A stretch of DNA of 32,000 nt from Chlamydiales bacterium (GTDB lineage: Bacteria; Chlamydiota; Chlamydiia; Chlamydiales; SM23-39): assembly GCA_965261025.1 (NCBI GenBank), contig OZ253438.1, forward strand, positions 450,001 to 482,000, given 5' to 3'. A model generated the notes under the pieces. It did no database searches, was not told the DNA's origin, and worked only from the letters and a program-made list of their open reading frames with translations. A program made the position numbers and the translations under genes. Positions 16,225 to 24,781 of this stretch are shown here, one piece after another; position 1 is the first letter of the stretch, and each line of letters begins with the position of its first letter.

Positions 16225-17168
16225 TCCCTACTAGCCAACCACCTTTCTGCATCAATGGCTGCCATGCAACCAGACCCTGCTGCAGTTATGGCTTGCCTGT
16301 ACTTAGCATCCTGCACGTCCCCCGCAGCAAAAACCCCTTCCACAGAAGTAGAAGTTGAGTCTGCCTTTACCTGAATATATCCTTTTTCTCTCAGTTCAAT
16401 TTGTCCCTGTAAAAAAGCGGTATTAGGAGTATGTCCTATGGCAAAAAATACACCACTTGCCACTTTTTCTTCTATCTTGTTTGTTTTGACATTTTTTACA
16501 ATAACCGACTCTACGACCTCTTTGCCTTTTACTTCTTCTAAAGTAGAATCCCAAATTACTTCTATCTTAGGATTCTTTACGGCTCTATCTATCATAATTT
16601 GAGAAGCTCTAAATGTGTTTCTTCTATGAACGATATATACTTTCTTTCCGTACTTTGTTAAGAAGATAGCCTCTTCCATAGCACTATCCCCTCCTCCTAT
16701 TACAAAAAGCTCTTTATCACGAAAAATAGGAGCAGCTCCATCACAGACAGCACAAGCAGTTACTCCTTTTTGCCAAAGCTCTCCTTCCCTAGTTCCTTTT
16801 ATATCCAACCGTTTTGCTTTAGCACCTGTAGCTATGATTATGGTCCTCGTTTTAAGGCTTTGTTTTTTAGAATAAACCACGAAAGGATAGGTCTTTAAAT
16901 CAACTGACAGAATATCTTCTAAAAAGGTTTTTGTTCCAAATTTCTCTGCTTGTTTTTTAAAAAGCCGCACTATTTCAGGTCCTTGAACCCCTTCCGGAAA
17001 ACCAGGATAGTTTTCCACATCCGTTGTTGTCATTAATTGCCCCCCTGCTGGCCCTTCTTGAAATCCTTCAAAAAGGATAGGAGATAAATTTGCTCTTGCT
17101 GCGTAGATAGCTGCTGTGTAGCCTGCTGGGCCAGACCCTATAATGATTAAATTCTGCTCTTCCTGCAT
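16221..17168 (-). CDS. trxB: Thioredoxin-disulfide reductase
   Basis: Motifs present: [18 protein letters not shown] (FAD binding), the redox-active [16 protein letters not shown] (NADPH binding) and GVFAAGDV. The ATG at 17168 gives 315 aa. The ORF-track start at 17273 would overlap proC by 43 nt. Confidence 0.95.
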   Translation of the reverse strand: MQEEQNLIIIGSGPAGYTAAIYAARANLSPILFEGFQEGPAGGQLMTTTDVENYPGFPEGVQGPEIVRLFKKQAEKFGTKTFLEDILSVDLKTYPFVVYSKKQSLKTRTIIIATGAKAKRLDIKGTREGELWQKGVTACAVCDGAAPIFRDKELFVIGGGDSAMEEAIFLTKYGKKVYIVHRRNTFRASQIMIDRAVKNPKIEVIWDSTLEEVKGKEVVESVIVKNVKTNKIEEKVASGVFFAIGHTPNTAFLQGQIELREKGYIQVKADSTSTSVEGVFAAGDVQDAKYRQAITAAGSGCMAAIDAERWLASRE

Positions 17169-17230
17169 CGATTGCCTCTTGATGCTAGCAGTATACAAAA
17201 ATCGCTTTTTAGCCACACCAGTTTCTGAAT

Positions 17231-18049
17231 TTAAGAAAATTGAGAATGAAAGGCTTTTGCCTTCCTTATACAAGCTTCCAATACTGAAAGCACTTCTTTT
17301 TCTACTCCCTTTTCTTGGAATACTTTCAAGCCCTCCTCAGTAGTTCCCCCTTTAACAGCGATTGCTTCGACTAGTTCTTCTAAGTTTTTTTTCTGTAGCA
17401 AAAGAGTCGAGGCTCCTTTAAAAGTTTGTGCGGCAATTTTTAGAGCCTTTTCTTTAGAAATACCCGCTTCTATTCCCTTTTTAGCAAAAGCTTGTATTAA
17501 CCTTAGTACATAAGCAGGTCCAGAGCCAGAGACCGCTGTTAAAATCTCTATAGCATCTTCTGGAACCTCCTCTATTTCCCCTAAAGCTCCAAAGAGTTTT
17601 TTTATATCCCCCTTCAAAAAAGAATCTATCCCTTCAGAAAAACAGAATAAATTCATTCCTTCAGCTACTTCTGAAGCAACATTGGGCATTACCCTAAGAA
17701 GGGAAACTTTCCCGAGCTTCTTTTGAAAATAAGAAAGAGGAGCCCCTGATACAATTGAAATGAATAGCTTAGAACCATAGTCCCCTTGGGGAATGCCTTG
17801 TAAAACCTCTTCCAAATCTTTTGGTCTTACGCAAAAAAAAATGAAAGTAGATCTTTCTACTAAACTCTGTAAAGAAGCCGCTGATATACGGTATTTCTGA
17901 GAAGTCTCCTTTTGTTTTTGCTTATTCTTCCTTAAGAAAAGGACTTGAGAAGATTTTACTAACTTACTTTTTTCCATAGTCTTATAAAGAATTTCTGCCA
18001 TATTTCCAAATCCTATAAAACCCAATCCTTTTTCTTCGCCTTTTTGCAT
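17231..18049 (-). CDS. proC: Pyrroline-5-carboxylate reductase
   Basis: Motifs present: [12 protein letters not shown] (Rossmann), SGSGPAYV and [11 protein letters not shown]. Length is 272 aa. Confidence 0.88.
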   Translation of the reverse strand: MQKGEEKGLGFIGFGNMAEILYKTMEKSKLVKSSQVLFLRKNKQKQKETSQKYRISAASLQSLVERSTFIFFCVRPKDLEEVLQGIPQGDYGSKLFISIVSGAPLSYFQKKLGKVSLLRVMPNVASEVAEGMNLFCFSEGIDSFLKGDIKKLFGALGEIEEVPEDAIEILTAVSGSGPAYVLRLIQAFAKKGIEAGISKEKALKIAAQTFKGASTLLLQKKNLEELVEAIAVKGGTTEEGLKVFQEKGVEKEVLSVLEACIRKAKAFHSQFS

Positions 18050-18248
18050 GTTCTTTGTCCTTTAAATTATTTTTAATAAGATACTTATATTTTTCTATAT
18101 CCTTGCTTGAAAAAAAAGAAATTCCTTTTTATCTAAAAAAAAATGAAGTAAAATTGCCCCAGGCAGTGCTAAATCTTAATAATAAAAGAAACAGTAATTA
18201 TTTTTATAAACAAAAACCTTTAAATTTTTCTTGAAGGGCTAGCTCGAA

Positions 18249-21026
18249 ATGCAAAGGATCTTGCGGAAAGTTTTTGGGATTTATCCAGGAGAGGGAGGGA
18301 CCACTTTTCGTTTTGCCAGGCTTTCCACCTATTGGGCTTTTTCTACTCTTTGTCTTGAAAACTTAGCAGATGGGTTATTCCTGCAAAAGGTAGGAGCGCA
18401 CGCTTTACCTAAGGTTTATCTGTCTACGGCCTTAATCTTAATTTTAACCTCTTCCGTCATAGTTTATGCTTTAAGAATCGTAAGTCCCTACCAAATTTTA
18501 CAGAAAGTCATTCTAGCAGGATTTTTCATTAGCGCCTCTTTTCTTTTTGTCCTATCTATGGAGAGCCCCCCTCCTTGTACCTGGTATATTCTCAAAATTT
18601 TCAGCCGCCTTTTCTTTTCTGTTTTCTTAGCTTGTGGTTGGACTTTCATAGACCAGTATCATGACCTACAAGAGGCTAAAAGGGTTTACTCTCTCTACAG
18701 CGCTGCCTATTTTTTAGGAATTATGTTATCAGGAGTAGTAATTAATCTTTTATTATCTAGATCAGGCTATATATTTCTTTATGGTATTGCCTGCTTTACT
18801 ATTTTACTCTCCTTTTTTGAAGTAAAAAATATTGTAGAAAAAGTCCCTGCTGTCCACGATGATACTATAGAGGGAGTATTCACAGGGGATCGAAATGGAA
18901 TCGCTGTTCTTATAGGGCTTGTAAAAAAATCTCCTTATACGCTTGTTCTATTAGCCCTCAGCCTTTTAGTACAATTTATCATGATTACCACTGAATTCAA
19001 CTACATGGAGATTTTCCAAAAAGCCTTTCAGGTAAAAAACCTGGATACAGCTACACATATCTCTGGATTCTTAGCAAAAAGTAGAGCTGCTATTTCTGCA
19101 GGAAATATTTTAATAGGAGCGTTTTTATTTTCTCCCTTCATGCGAAGGCTTGGACTAAATAATATCCTTCTGATTCCTCCCCTGTTTTTGGGATTTGTGT
19201 ATTGCGGTATGTTGATGCAAAACTCCCTTTTTATAGGGATCTTAGGTCTTATAGCAGTAGATGGAGTACTATTTACAATAGAGGATAATAGTTTCAATCT
19301 TTTGACTAAAGCAGTCCCCGCTAAGCTAAAGTCTAAGGTGCGTATTATTAATGACTCGTTTTTTGAGCCTATTGGGATGCTGATTTGTTCTGCCTTTTTA
19401 TTTTGTTTCGAAAAGCATAGTCGTCTTATGGGGCTTGCCTTTTCTTTTCTCTTTTTTACTTTAGCTATTTTACTAAGAAACCTCTATATAAAAGCTATTT
19501 TCATCAACCTAAAGGAAAACGCAATTCATTTTGAAAGAAAACTTCATAATTGGCTGGAAAAACTAGGGAAAAAAGAATCTAAAGAAATCAAAAAAGACCT
19601 GTTAAAATCTCTTTCTTCTTCTTCTGAAGAAGAAAGACTCTTGGGAGTAGAGGGGCTCCTGGCTTATAACGATCCTCTTTTGCTAAAGCGAATTCTACCT
19701 GCTTTGGAAACTCTTTCTTCTAAAAATAAAGAAGCTTTTCTGGCATTAATTGAAAAAAACCCCTTGAAAAATCATCCTTCTGTTTTAGAAAAAGTAAACA
19801 GCTGGGTAGAGGACTCTGAGCTTTTTGAAAAGGCTTACTTCTTTTTAGCAAAAAAAGGACTCCTTCACCCCGAAAAAGTAACCGATGATTTAGAATCAAA
19901 AAATCTTTTCTTAAGAGGAGCTGCCATTCTCACTTTAAAAAAGTCTCAAGCCTTACAAAATACAGAACAAGCTTCTTTAAACCGAACTATTGCTCAAAAA
20001 GAGTCTGATCTTCTCCTTTCCTCTGAAAATCCTTCTGAGGTACTTTTAGGGTTAAAAGTAGCAAAAGAAATCTTTGGCTCTGATGGCTGCTTAAAAATTT
20101 TCCCTCTCTTAAACCACAGTAATTTAGATATAAAAAAAGAAGCAAGCCTTGTACTTTCTGAAATCGTAGATAAATCCTGTATAGCATACCTTCCTAAGCT
20201 TATTGAGGAAATACAAGAGATAAAAGAAGGAGAAATTCGAAAAAACTGCCTAGTTGCCTTGGGGAAAATAGGGGATTCTACTGCCGTAAAAGAAATTTTA
20301 CAGGCCTCTGTTAATTTCCGTCCGTGTGAAAAAAGACTCGTAGAGCAGATCCTTTTACAAATGGGATTAAAAACGGTCCCTACTCTTTTATCTTTGGTAA
20401 GATCTAAAGAAATCCACTATACATGCCGTATCCAAGCAGCAAAGATTTTGGCCCATCTCTCTCTTCCTCAATTAAGAGCTCATTTGGATGAAATTATCTC
20501 AATAGAAAAAGAAAAAGCGTATTTTTATTTTTTCCACGCCCATACCATACAGAAAACCCATCCAGAATATGATCTGGTTCTCTTAGAAGAGACGCTGCAA
20601 AGTCGTTTTCAAGCCTCATTTGATTTTATTATTCATCTCTTGGGAGCAGTAGGTTCTATCGAAGATTCAGAACTATTAGTTCACTCTTTACATAGCAAAA
20701 ACGAAAAAGTGCACAGTAACGCCATAGAAACCTTAGAAAAAACTTGTGATTTTCAGATTTTTTCCTGGCTTTTACCTTTGATAGAAAAAATTCCCTTAGA
20801 AGAAAAACTTTCCGCCTTTCACAAGAACTACCAAGACTATAGCCCTCTTTCCTTACAAGAGCTTTTATACACTCTATATGAATCTCCTTCTCTCTCAGAT
20901 AAAATTACTGCAGCGCATTTAAAAGCTACTTTAAAAGTTCCTAATTGGAAAGAAACCTTGAGGCAGCAAATGAAAACAAATGAAGAAGCCTTTTACCAAT
21001 TTGCCTATGAGTTATTAGAAAAATGA
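18249..21026 (+). CDS. Polytopic membrane transporter-like domain (MFS/nucleotide-transporter-like, tentative) fused to a C-terminal HEAT/PBS-lyase repeat domain
   Basis: About 430 aa contain at least 10 hydrophobic helices, followed by about 490 aa of soluble alpha-repeat. HEAT-type units include EERLLGVEGLLAYNDPLLLKRILPAL, IRKNCLVALGKIGDSTAVKEILQA and NEKVHSNAIETLEKT. Total length is 925 aa. Confidence 0.75.
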   Translation: MQRILRKVFGIYPGEGGTTFRFARLSTYWAFSTLCLENLADGLFLQKVGAHALPKVYLSTALILILTSSVIVYALRIVSPYQILQKVILAGFFISASFLFVLSMESPPPCTWYILKIFSRLFFSVFLACGWTFIDQYHDLQEAKRVYSLYSAAYFLGIMLSGVVINLLLSRSGYIFLYGIACFTILLSFFEVKNIVEKVPAVHDDTIEGVFTGDRNGIAVLIGLVKKSPYTLVLLALSLLVQFIMITTEFNYMEIFQKAFQVKNLDTATHISGFLAKSRAAISAGNILIGAFLFSPFMRRLGLNNILLIPPLFLGFVYCGMLMQNSLFIGILGLIAVDGVLFTIEDNSFNLLTKAVPAKLKSKVRIINDSFFEPIGMLICSAFLFCFEKHSRLMGLAFSFLFFTLAILLRNLYIKAIFINLKENAIHFERKLHNWLEKLGKKESKEIKKDLLKSLSSSSEEERLLGVEGLLAYNDPLLLKRILPALETLSSKNKEAFLALIEKNPLKNHPSVLEKVNSWVEDSELFEKAYFFLAKKGLLHPEKVTDDLESKNLFLRGAAILTLKKSQALQNTEQASLNRTIAQKESDLLLSSENPSEVLLGLKVAKEIFGSDGCLKIFPLLNHSNLDIKKEASLVLSEIVDKSCIAYLPKLIEEIQEIKEGEIRKNCLVALGKIGDSTAVKEILQASVNFRPCEKRLVEQILLQMGLKTVPTLLSLVRSKEIHYTCRIQAAKILAHLSLPQLRAHLDEIISIEKEKAYFYFFHAHTIQKTHPEYDLVLLEETLQSRFQASFDFIIHLLGAVGSIEDSELLVHSLHSKNEKVHSNAIETLEKTCDFQIFSWLLPLIEKIPLEEKLSAFHKNYQDYSPLSLQELLYTLYESPSLSDKITAAHLKATLKVPNWKETLRQQMKTNEEAFYQFAYELLEK

Positions 21027-21457
21027 AAAACTTAAGTTTAATTGAAAAAACGTTTTTCCTAAAAAAAACCAAACTTTTTGAAGGACTGGATTTAGACTTT
21101 TTACTTGCTATTTCTGAAAAAATTAGCCAAGACGTTTACGATAGGAAAGAGAAAGTATTTGGAATCAACCAGGTAGCCAATCGCCTTTACTTCATAGCAA
21201 AAGGTTCTGTAACCTTATTTGATGAAAAGAAAAATTTGATAAAAAAACTAGAGGAAAACGAATTTTTTGGAGATGAAGGAATCTTCAATGAAAAACCGAG
21301 ATCCTATCAGGCTATTTGTGAAGAAGATAGCCTTATTTTAACCCTTTCACGCACTAACTTTTTACATATCATCTCAGAGTGTCCCTCGGTTGCTATCACT
21401 TTACTGCAGTGTTATTCACAAGCCTTTCCCTTAAGGTTTAAAAAAGATGAAAATTAA
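21023..21457 (+). CDS. Stand-alone cyclic-nucleotide-binding (CAP/cNMP) domain protein
   Basis: ATGA overlap with the upstream gene. The sequence LFEGLDLDFLLAISEK...RLYFIAKGSVTLF...EFFGDEGIFNEKPRSYQAICEEDSLILTLSRTNFLHII follows the cNMP-binding beta-roll pattern (FGE...PRSA...A). Confidence 0.82.
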   Translation: MKNLSLIEKTFFLKKTKLFEGLDLDFLLAISEKISQDVYDRKEKVFGINQVANRLYFIAKGSVTLFDEKKNLIKKLEENEFFGDEGIFNEKPRSYQAICEEDSLILTLSRTNFLHIISECPSVAITLLQCYSQAFPLRFKKDEN

Positions 21458-22760
21458 GTCCCACCTTTTCCTGCTTTTATTTCCCGTTATCCTTTTTAGT
21501 CATTTATTGATTATAGCACTTCTTAGTTATCACTGGAGAAAAGAGCTTTTGGAAGGGTTTGAAAAAAAACTAAAAAACTCCGCTGTGTATGTCTCAGAGT
21601 TTTTTGAAAAAAATCCTTCTTTAGAAAAAGAACTTCCCCTTTCTAGGGAGGATTATCCTCATCCTCTGGACTTTTTAAAAAAACAAAAAGTGGAAAAAAT
21701 CTACCTCTTAGAAGCAGAAAAACTCCCCTCTTACGGAATCTTTTCCTCCAGGGAGAAACTAAAAGAAGAACCCTTTTTTACTTTTTTTTCTGAAAAAGAA
21801 GAAAGAAAGGCAAGAGCCCTGGCTCCCTTGAATCAGGAAAGTGATCCTCTTTTATATATAGCTTTGGAAGCTTCTTTGGAAGAGATCTCAGAAAAAATGG
21901 CTGTAAACTCTACTTTGATCTTTTTTTGTGTTGGAAGCTCCCTTTTTCTTCTAGCTATTTTTATCTATTTTTTCGGGAAAAAGGTAGCAGATCCTATCCA
22001 AAAATTAAATAGTTCTGCTTTGACTATAGCGGCAGGGCAATATGGAGAGAAGATCTCTTTAAAAGGCCCCTTAGAAATCTCTGAACTAGCCAATACCCTA
22101 AATGTTATGAGTGAATGTCTCAATGAAAATATGAACCGACTCAAGGAAAATTCTCTACAAAAAGAAAAATGGCATGGAGAATACGAATGCTCTTTACTAC
22201 TGCAAAAACTCATGCTAGAAAAAGCAACAAAGGGGTGCTCTTCTGATACTGTGGTAGTAGAGGCTCTATCCTTTTATTCCGATGAACCAAAAGGATTTGT
22301 GCTAGACATTCTTCAAAGAGAGAAAAAATTATATATTCAAATAGCAGAGGCAAAACAAGCAGGATTTCGAGAAATTTATGATCTTTTAACCCAATATAAG
22401 CTAGCAGAAGAAAATAGCTTTACCAATTTTCTTCGCTCAAAGATAGAGATATCTCTAGAAGAGCCCTTTATCCCTACTACTTTTTTTCATCACCCTATTC
22501 TCTGGTCTCGTAAATACCAAAAAACTATAGAGAAGAGGGAAAAATATAAGCTAAACCCGGGAGACTATTTATTCCTGGGAAATATGACCTTGCTTCGTTT
22601 GAAAAATGATCTGTCTGATGTAATAGAACAGGTATTAAAACACTTTTCAGAAGAGGGGTTTGAAACTGTTGTTAAAATGATGAAGAAGAAGATCTCCTTT
22701 TGGATAAGAAAAGAAGGTCTTGAAGAGGATATTCATCTAATCTGTTTACAATGGCTATAG
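21447..22760 (+). CDS. Two-TM sensor protein with a HAMP linker and a PP2C/SpoIIE-like (RsbU-type) C-terminal domain that appears catalytically degenerate
   Basis: The gene overlaps the upstream gene by 11 nt. TM1 is HLFLLLFPVILFSHLLIIALL, followed by a loop of about 130 aa, then TM2 LIFFCVGSSLFLLAIFIYFF. The HAMP linker reads PIQKLNSSALTIAAGQYGEKISLKGPLEISELANTLNVMSECLN. The C-terminal roughly 200 aa align by eye with SpoIIE-type PP2C blocks. Confidence 0.7.
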   Translation: MKIKSHLFLLLFPVILFSHLLIIALLSYHWRKELLEGFEKKLKNSAVYVSEFFEKNPSLEKELPLSREDYPHPLDFLKKQKVEKIYLLEAEKLPSYGIFSSREKLKEEPFFTFFSEKEERKARALAPLNQESDPLLYIALEASLEEISEKMAVNSTLIFFCVGSSLFLLAIFIYFFGKKVADPIQKLNSSALTIAAGQYGEKISLKGPLEISELANTLNVMSECLNENMNRLKENSLQKEKWHGEYECSLLLQKLMLEKATKGCSSDTVVVEALSFYSDEPKGFVLDILQREKKLYIQIAEAKQAGFREIYDLLTQYKLAEENSFTNFLRSKIEISLEEPFIPTTFFHHPILWSRKYQKTIEKREKYKLNPGDYLFLGNMTLLRLKNDLSDVIEQVLKHFSEEGFETVVKMMKKKISFWIRKEGLEEDIHLICLQWL

Positions 22761-22768
22761 AAAAAATC

Positions 22769-22794
22769 GGACAGAAAAAGACATTTTTTCTGCC
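22769..22794. terminator. Weak AT-rich hairpin between the convergent HAMP gene and acpP (possible bidirectional terminator)
   Basis: CAGAAAAA-GACAT-TTTTTCTG forms an 8-bp stem at 22772-22792. It lies in the 42-nt gap between the stop at 22760 and the acpP stop at 22803. The stem is low in GC. Confidence 0.3.
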
Positions 22795-22802
22795 CTAGAA
22801 AG

Positions 22803-23048
22803 CTATTTTTTTGCGGCTTCTTTTCTTTTTTTGATGTACTTAACCACATCCCCTACTGTCTTTAGCTTAGCAGCATCTTCTTCAGAAATTTCAAATTCAA
22901 AACGCTCTTCAAAAGTCATGATAAGCTCTGTAGAGTCTAGAGAGTCTGCATTTAAGTCCTCTATAAAAGATTTTTCTAAAGTTACTTCTGAAGCTTCCAC
23001 CCCAAGCTGTTCAACAATAATGTCGATTACTTCCTGTTCAATGGTCAT
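22803..23048 (-). CDS. acpP: Acyl carrier protein
   Basis: [30 protein letters not shown] contains the DSLD phosphopantetheine-attachment motif. Length is 81 aa. Confidence 0.97.
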   Translation of the reverse strand: MTIEQEVIDIIVEQLGVEASEVTLEKSFIEDLNADSLDSTELIMTFEERFEFEISEEDAAKLKTVGDVVKYIKKRKEAAKK

Positions 23049-23080
23049 AGATTTTTCCTTTTTTTTAATTTTTACCTACT

Positions 23081-23848
23081 TTACTGCATAGTTAATCCAC
23101 CATCTATGGCAAAGGTTTGCCCTGTAATGTAATTAGCCTCTTCCCTCGCTAAAAACAGAGCCATCTCAGCCACATCAGATGATTTTCCTAAAATCCCCAT
23201 AGGGATTTTAGAAAGAATGGAAGACTGAATCTCTTCCGAAAGCTTATCGGTCATAGGAGTTTGTATAAAACCAGGTGCAATCGTATTAACTTGAATCGAA
23301 CCTTCTCCTTTCCCTAAACTAGCCCACTCCAAAGCCAGTGATTTTGTAAGTCCATGAATAGCAGCTTTAGAAGCGGCATAATTAGCTTGCCCTATATTCC
23401 CTGAGATGCCTACTACAGAGCTGATATTGATAATCTTGCCTTTTCTTGCCTTTACCATTGATCTACTAACGGCTTTGCATGTATTAAATATAGACTTTAA
23501 ATTTACTGCAATAACCTGATCCCAATCCTCTTGTTTCATCCGCAAAAAAAGCCCATCTTTAGTAATTCCAGCACTATTTACCAAGATATCTACCCCACCC
23601 CAATCGGCAATAATTTTAGAGATTGCCTCTGATACTTGAGAAAAATCGGCTACATCCAAGAGAAAATAGGAAAATCTTTGTGAAGCCTCCATTGCTTGCT
23701 CTGTAAGCTCTTCTATAGCCTTTTTAGCCCTTTCTTCATTTGTACCAAAAATAGCTACATCTGCTCCCTGCTTTGCATAAAGACTAGCAATAGCCCTTCC
23801 TATGCCAGATGTGCCCCCTGTAACTATTGCTTTCTTCTTTTTTAACAT
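23081..23848 (-). CDS. fabG: 3-oxoacyl-[ACP] reductase
   Basis: Motifs present: VTGGTSGIGRAIA, NSAGIT and the catalytic YAASKAA. The protein is a 255-aa SDR. The gene overlaps the fabD stop by 7 nt. Confidence 0.95.
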   Translation of the reverse strand: MLKKKKAIVTGGTSGIGRAIASLYAKQGADVAIFGTNEERAKKAIEELTEQAMEASQRFSYFLLDVADFSQVSEAISKIIADWGGVDILVNSAGITKDGLFLRMKQEDWDQVIAVNLKSIFNTCKAVSRSMVKARKGKIINISSVVGISGNIGQANYAASKAAIHGLTKSLALEWASLGKGEGSIQVNTIAPGFIQTPMTDKLSEEIQSSILSKIPMGILGKSSDVAEMALFLAREEANYITGQTFAIDGGLTMQ

Positions 23849-24780
23849 AAAAAACTCTTCCTTTCCCCTTTAATCTTTGCTAAATCCCCTACTTTTTCTA
23901 TAGAAAAACTACAAAGTGCGGGATCTATTTTACGATTCATACTAGATAAACTCTTACCGCATCCAATCTCTAAAAAAGTATCTATGCCAAGCCCTTTCAT
24001 ATGCAAAATAGAAGGATGCCATAATACAGAATGCGTTACCTGTTTCTTCAATAGATCCTTTATCTTGCCCTTTCCCGCCGTCTTTCCAGTAACATTCATA
24101 ATAACAGGCACCTTTTCTGAAGAAAAAGACGCCTTTTCAATATAAGGTGCCAGTTTTTCTGCTGCCTCTTTCATAAAAGGAGAATGAAAAGCCCCATGTA
24201 CAGAAAGAGGAATGATTCTTTTCGCTTTAGCTTCCTTTAGGGAAAAAGTGGCTTTTTGAATCCCTTCTTCGCTTCCTGAGATTACTATCTGCCCCGGCGT
24301 ATTATAGTTTGCAATCCACACTTCTGGAATAGATTTTAAAAGCTGCCTTACAACCTTATCCTCTAATCCCAGAACAGCTGCCATAGAGCCTTTTTTATTT
24401 TCACAAGCCTCATTCATAAAAGAGGCTCTTTTTTCTATTAGAAAAAGAGCCTCTTTGAAGGAAAATACTCCGGCAGCATACAAGGCTGTATATTCTCCTA
24501 GACTAAGCCCTGCACAAGCCTTTCTCTGTAAAAAAGGACATTGACTTTCTAAAACCGCTAAAATTGCAGCACTTACTACAAAAATAGCAAGCTGACTATT
24601 TTTAGTTTTTGTAAGCTCTTCCATAGGTCCTTCAAAAAGGATCCTAGAAAGGGGAAAGGATAAAAGAAGGTCTGCTTCGTCAAAAATCGCTTTGGCTTCC
24701 GAAAAAGAATCATAAAAATCCTTCCCCATCCCTACATATTGAGAACCTTGACCTGGAAATAAAAAACCCTGTCCCACCAT
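23842..24780 (-). CDS. fabD: Malonyl-CoA:ACP transacylase
   Basis: Motifs present: FLFPGQGSQYVGMGKD, GLSLGEYTAL (nucleophile Ser) and HGAFHSPFM. The ATG at 24780 lies one nt after the fabH TAG, with AGGAG upstream. The ORF-track start at 24828 overlaps fabH by 47 nt. Confidence 0.93.
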   Translation of the reverse strand: MVGQGFLFPGQGSQYVGMGKDFYDSFSEAKAIFDEADLLLSFPLSRILFEGPMEELTKTKNSQLAIFVVSAAILAVLESQCPFLQRKACAGLSLGEYTALYAAGVFSFKEALFLIEKRASFMNEACENKKGSMAAVLGLEDKVVRQLLKSIPEVWIANYNTPGQIVISGSEEGIQKATFSLKEAKAKRIIPLSVHGAFHSPFMKEAAEKLAPYIEKASFSSEKVPVIMNVTGKTAGKGKIKDLLKKQVTHSVLWHPSILHMKGLGIDTFLEIGCGKSLSSMNRKIDPALCSFSIEKVGDLAKIKGERKSFLC

Positions 24781-24781
24781 G

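Noticed and set aside
17169-17273. N-terminal extensions offered by the ORF track for trxB (to 17273), rplM (to 6113, TTG), fabD (to 24828), lpxD (from 29472), miaB (from 9821, TTG), the small secreted protein (to 31833) and the MreD-like gene (from 165).
   Set aside because: Each extension overlaps the neighbouring gene or adds residues absent from homologous N-termini. Internal ATGs give family-typical lengths and usually have a better RBS or a stop/start junction.
18107-18185. Promoter-like hexamers upstream of the HEAT operon: TTGAAA-N17-TATCTA at 18107-18135 and TTGCCC-N17-TAATAA at 18154-18182.
   Set aside because: These are two mutually exclusive weak matches in a very AT-rich spacer, so I cannot choose between them or exclude chance. 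They need TSS mapping and are not reported as features.
22831-23091. ORFs of 60-93 aa lying antisense to, or in other frames within, real genes. Examples are 341-559, 1998-2201, 3265-3486, 4853-5071, 6457-6738, 6837-7031, 11073-11544 (several), 11603-11821, 12383-12683, 17143-17343, 19028-19297, 19987-20187, 21965-22213, 22831-23091, 25527-25709, 27888-28185 and 28641-28971.
   Set aside because: All are fully embedded in well-supported genes. They have low-complexity, Phe/Ser/Lys-biased translations typical of shadow frames in AT-rich DNA, and none has a recognisable RBS or motif.
24460-24500. The FabD nucleophile motif reads GLSLGE rather than the GHSLGE I remember from E. coli.
   Set aside because: The nucleophilic Ser and the downstream catalytic His (HGAFHS) are present. 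The residue preceding Ser varies among FabD homologues as far as I recall, so there is no evidence of loss of function.
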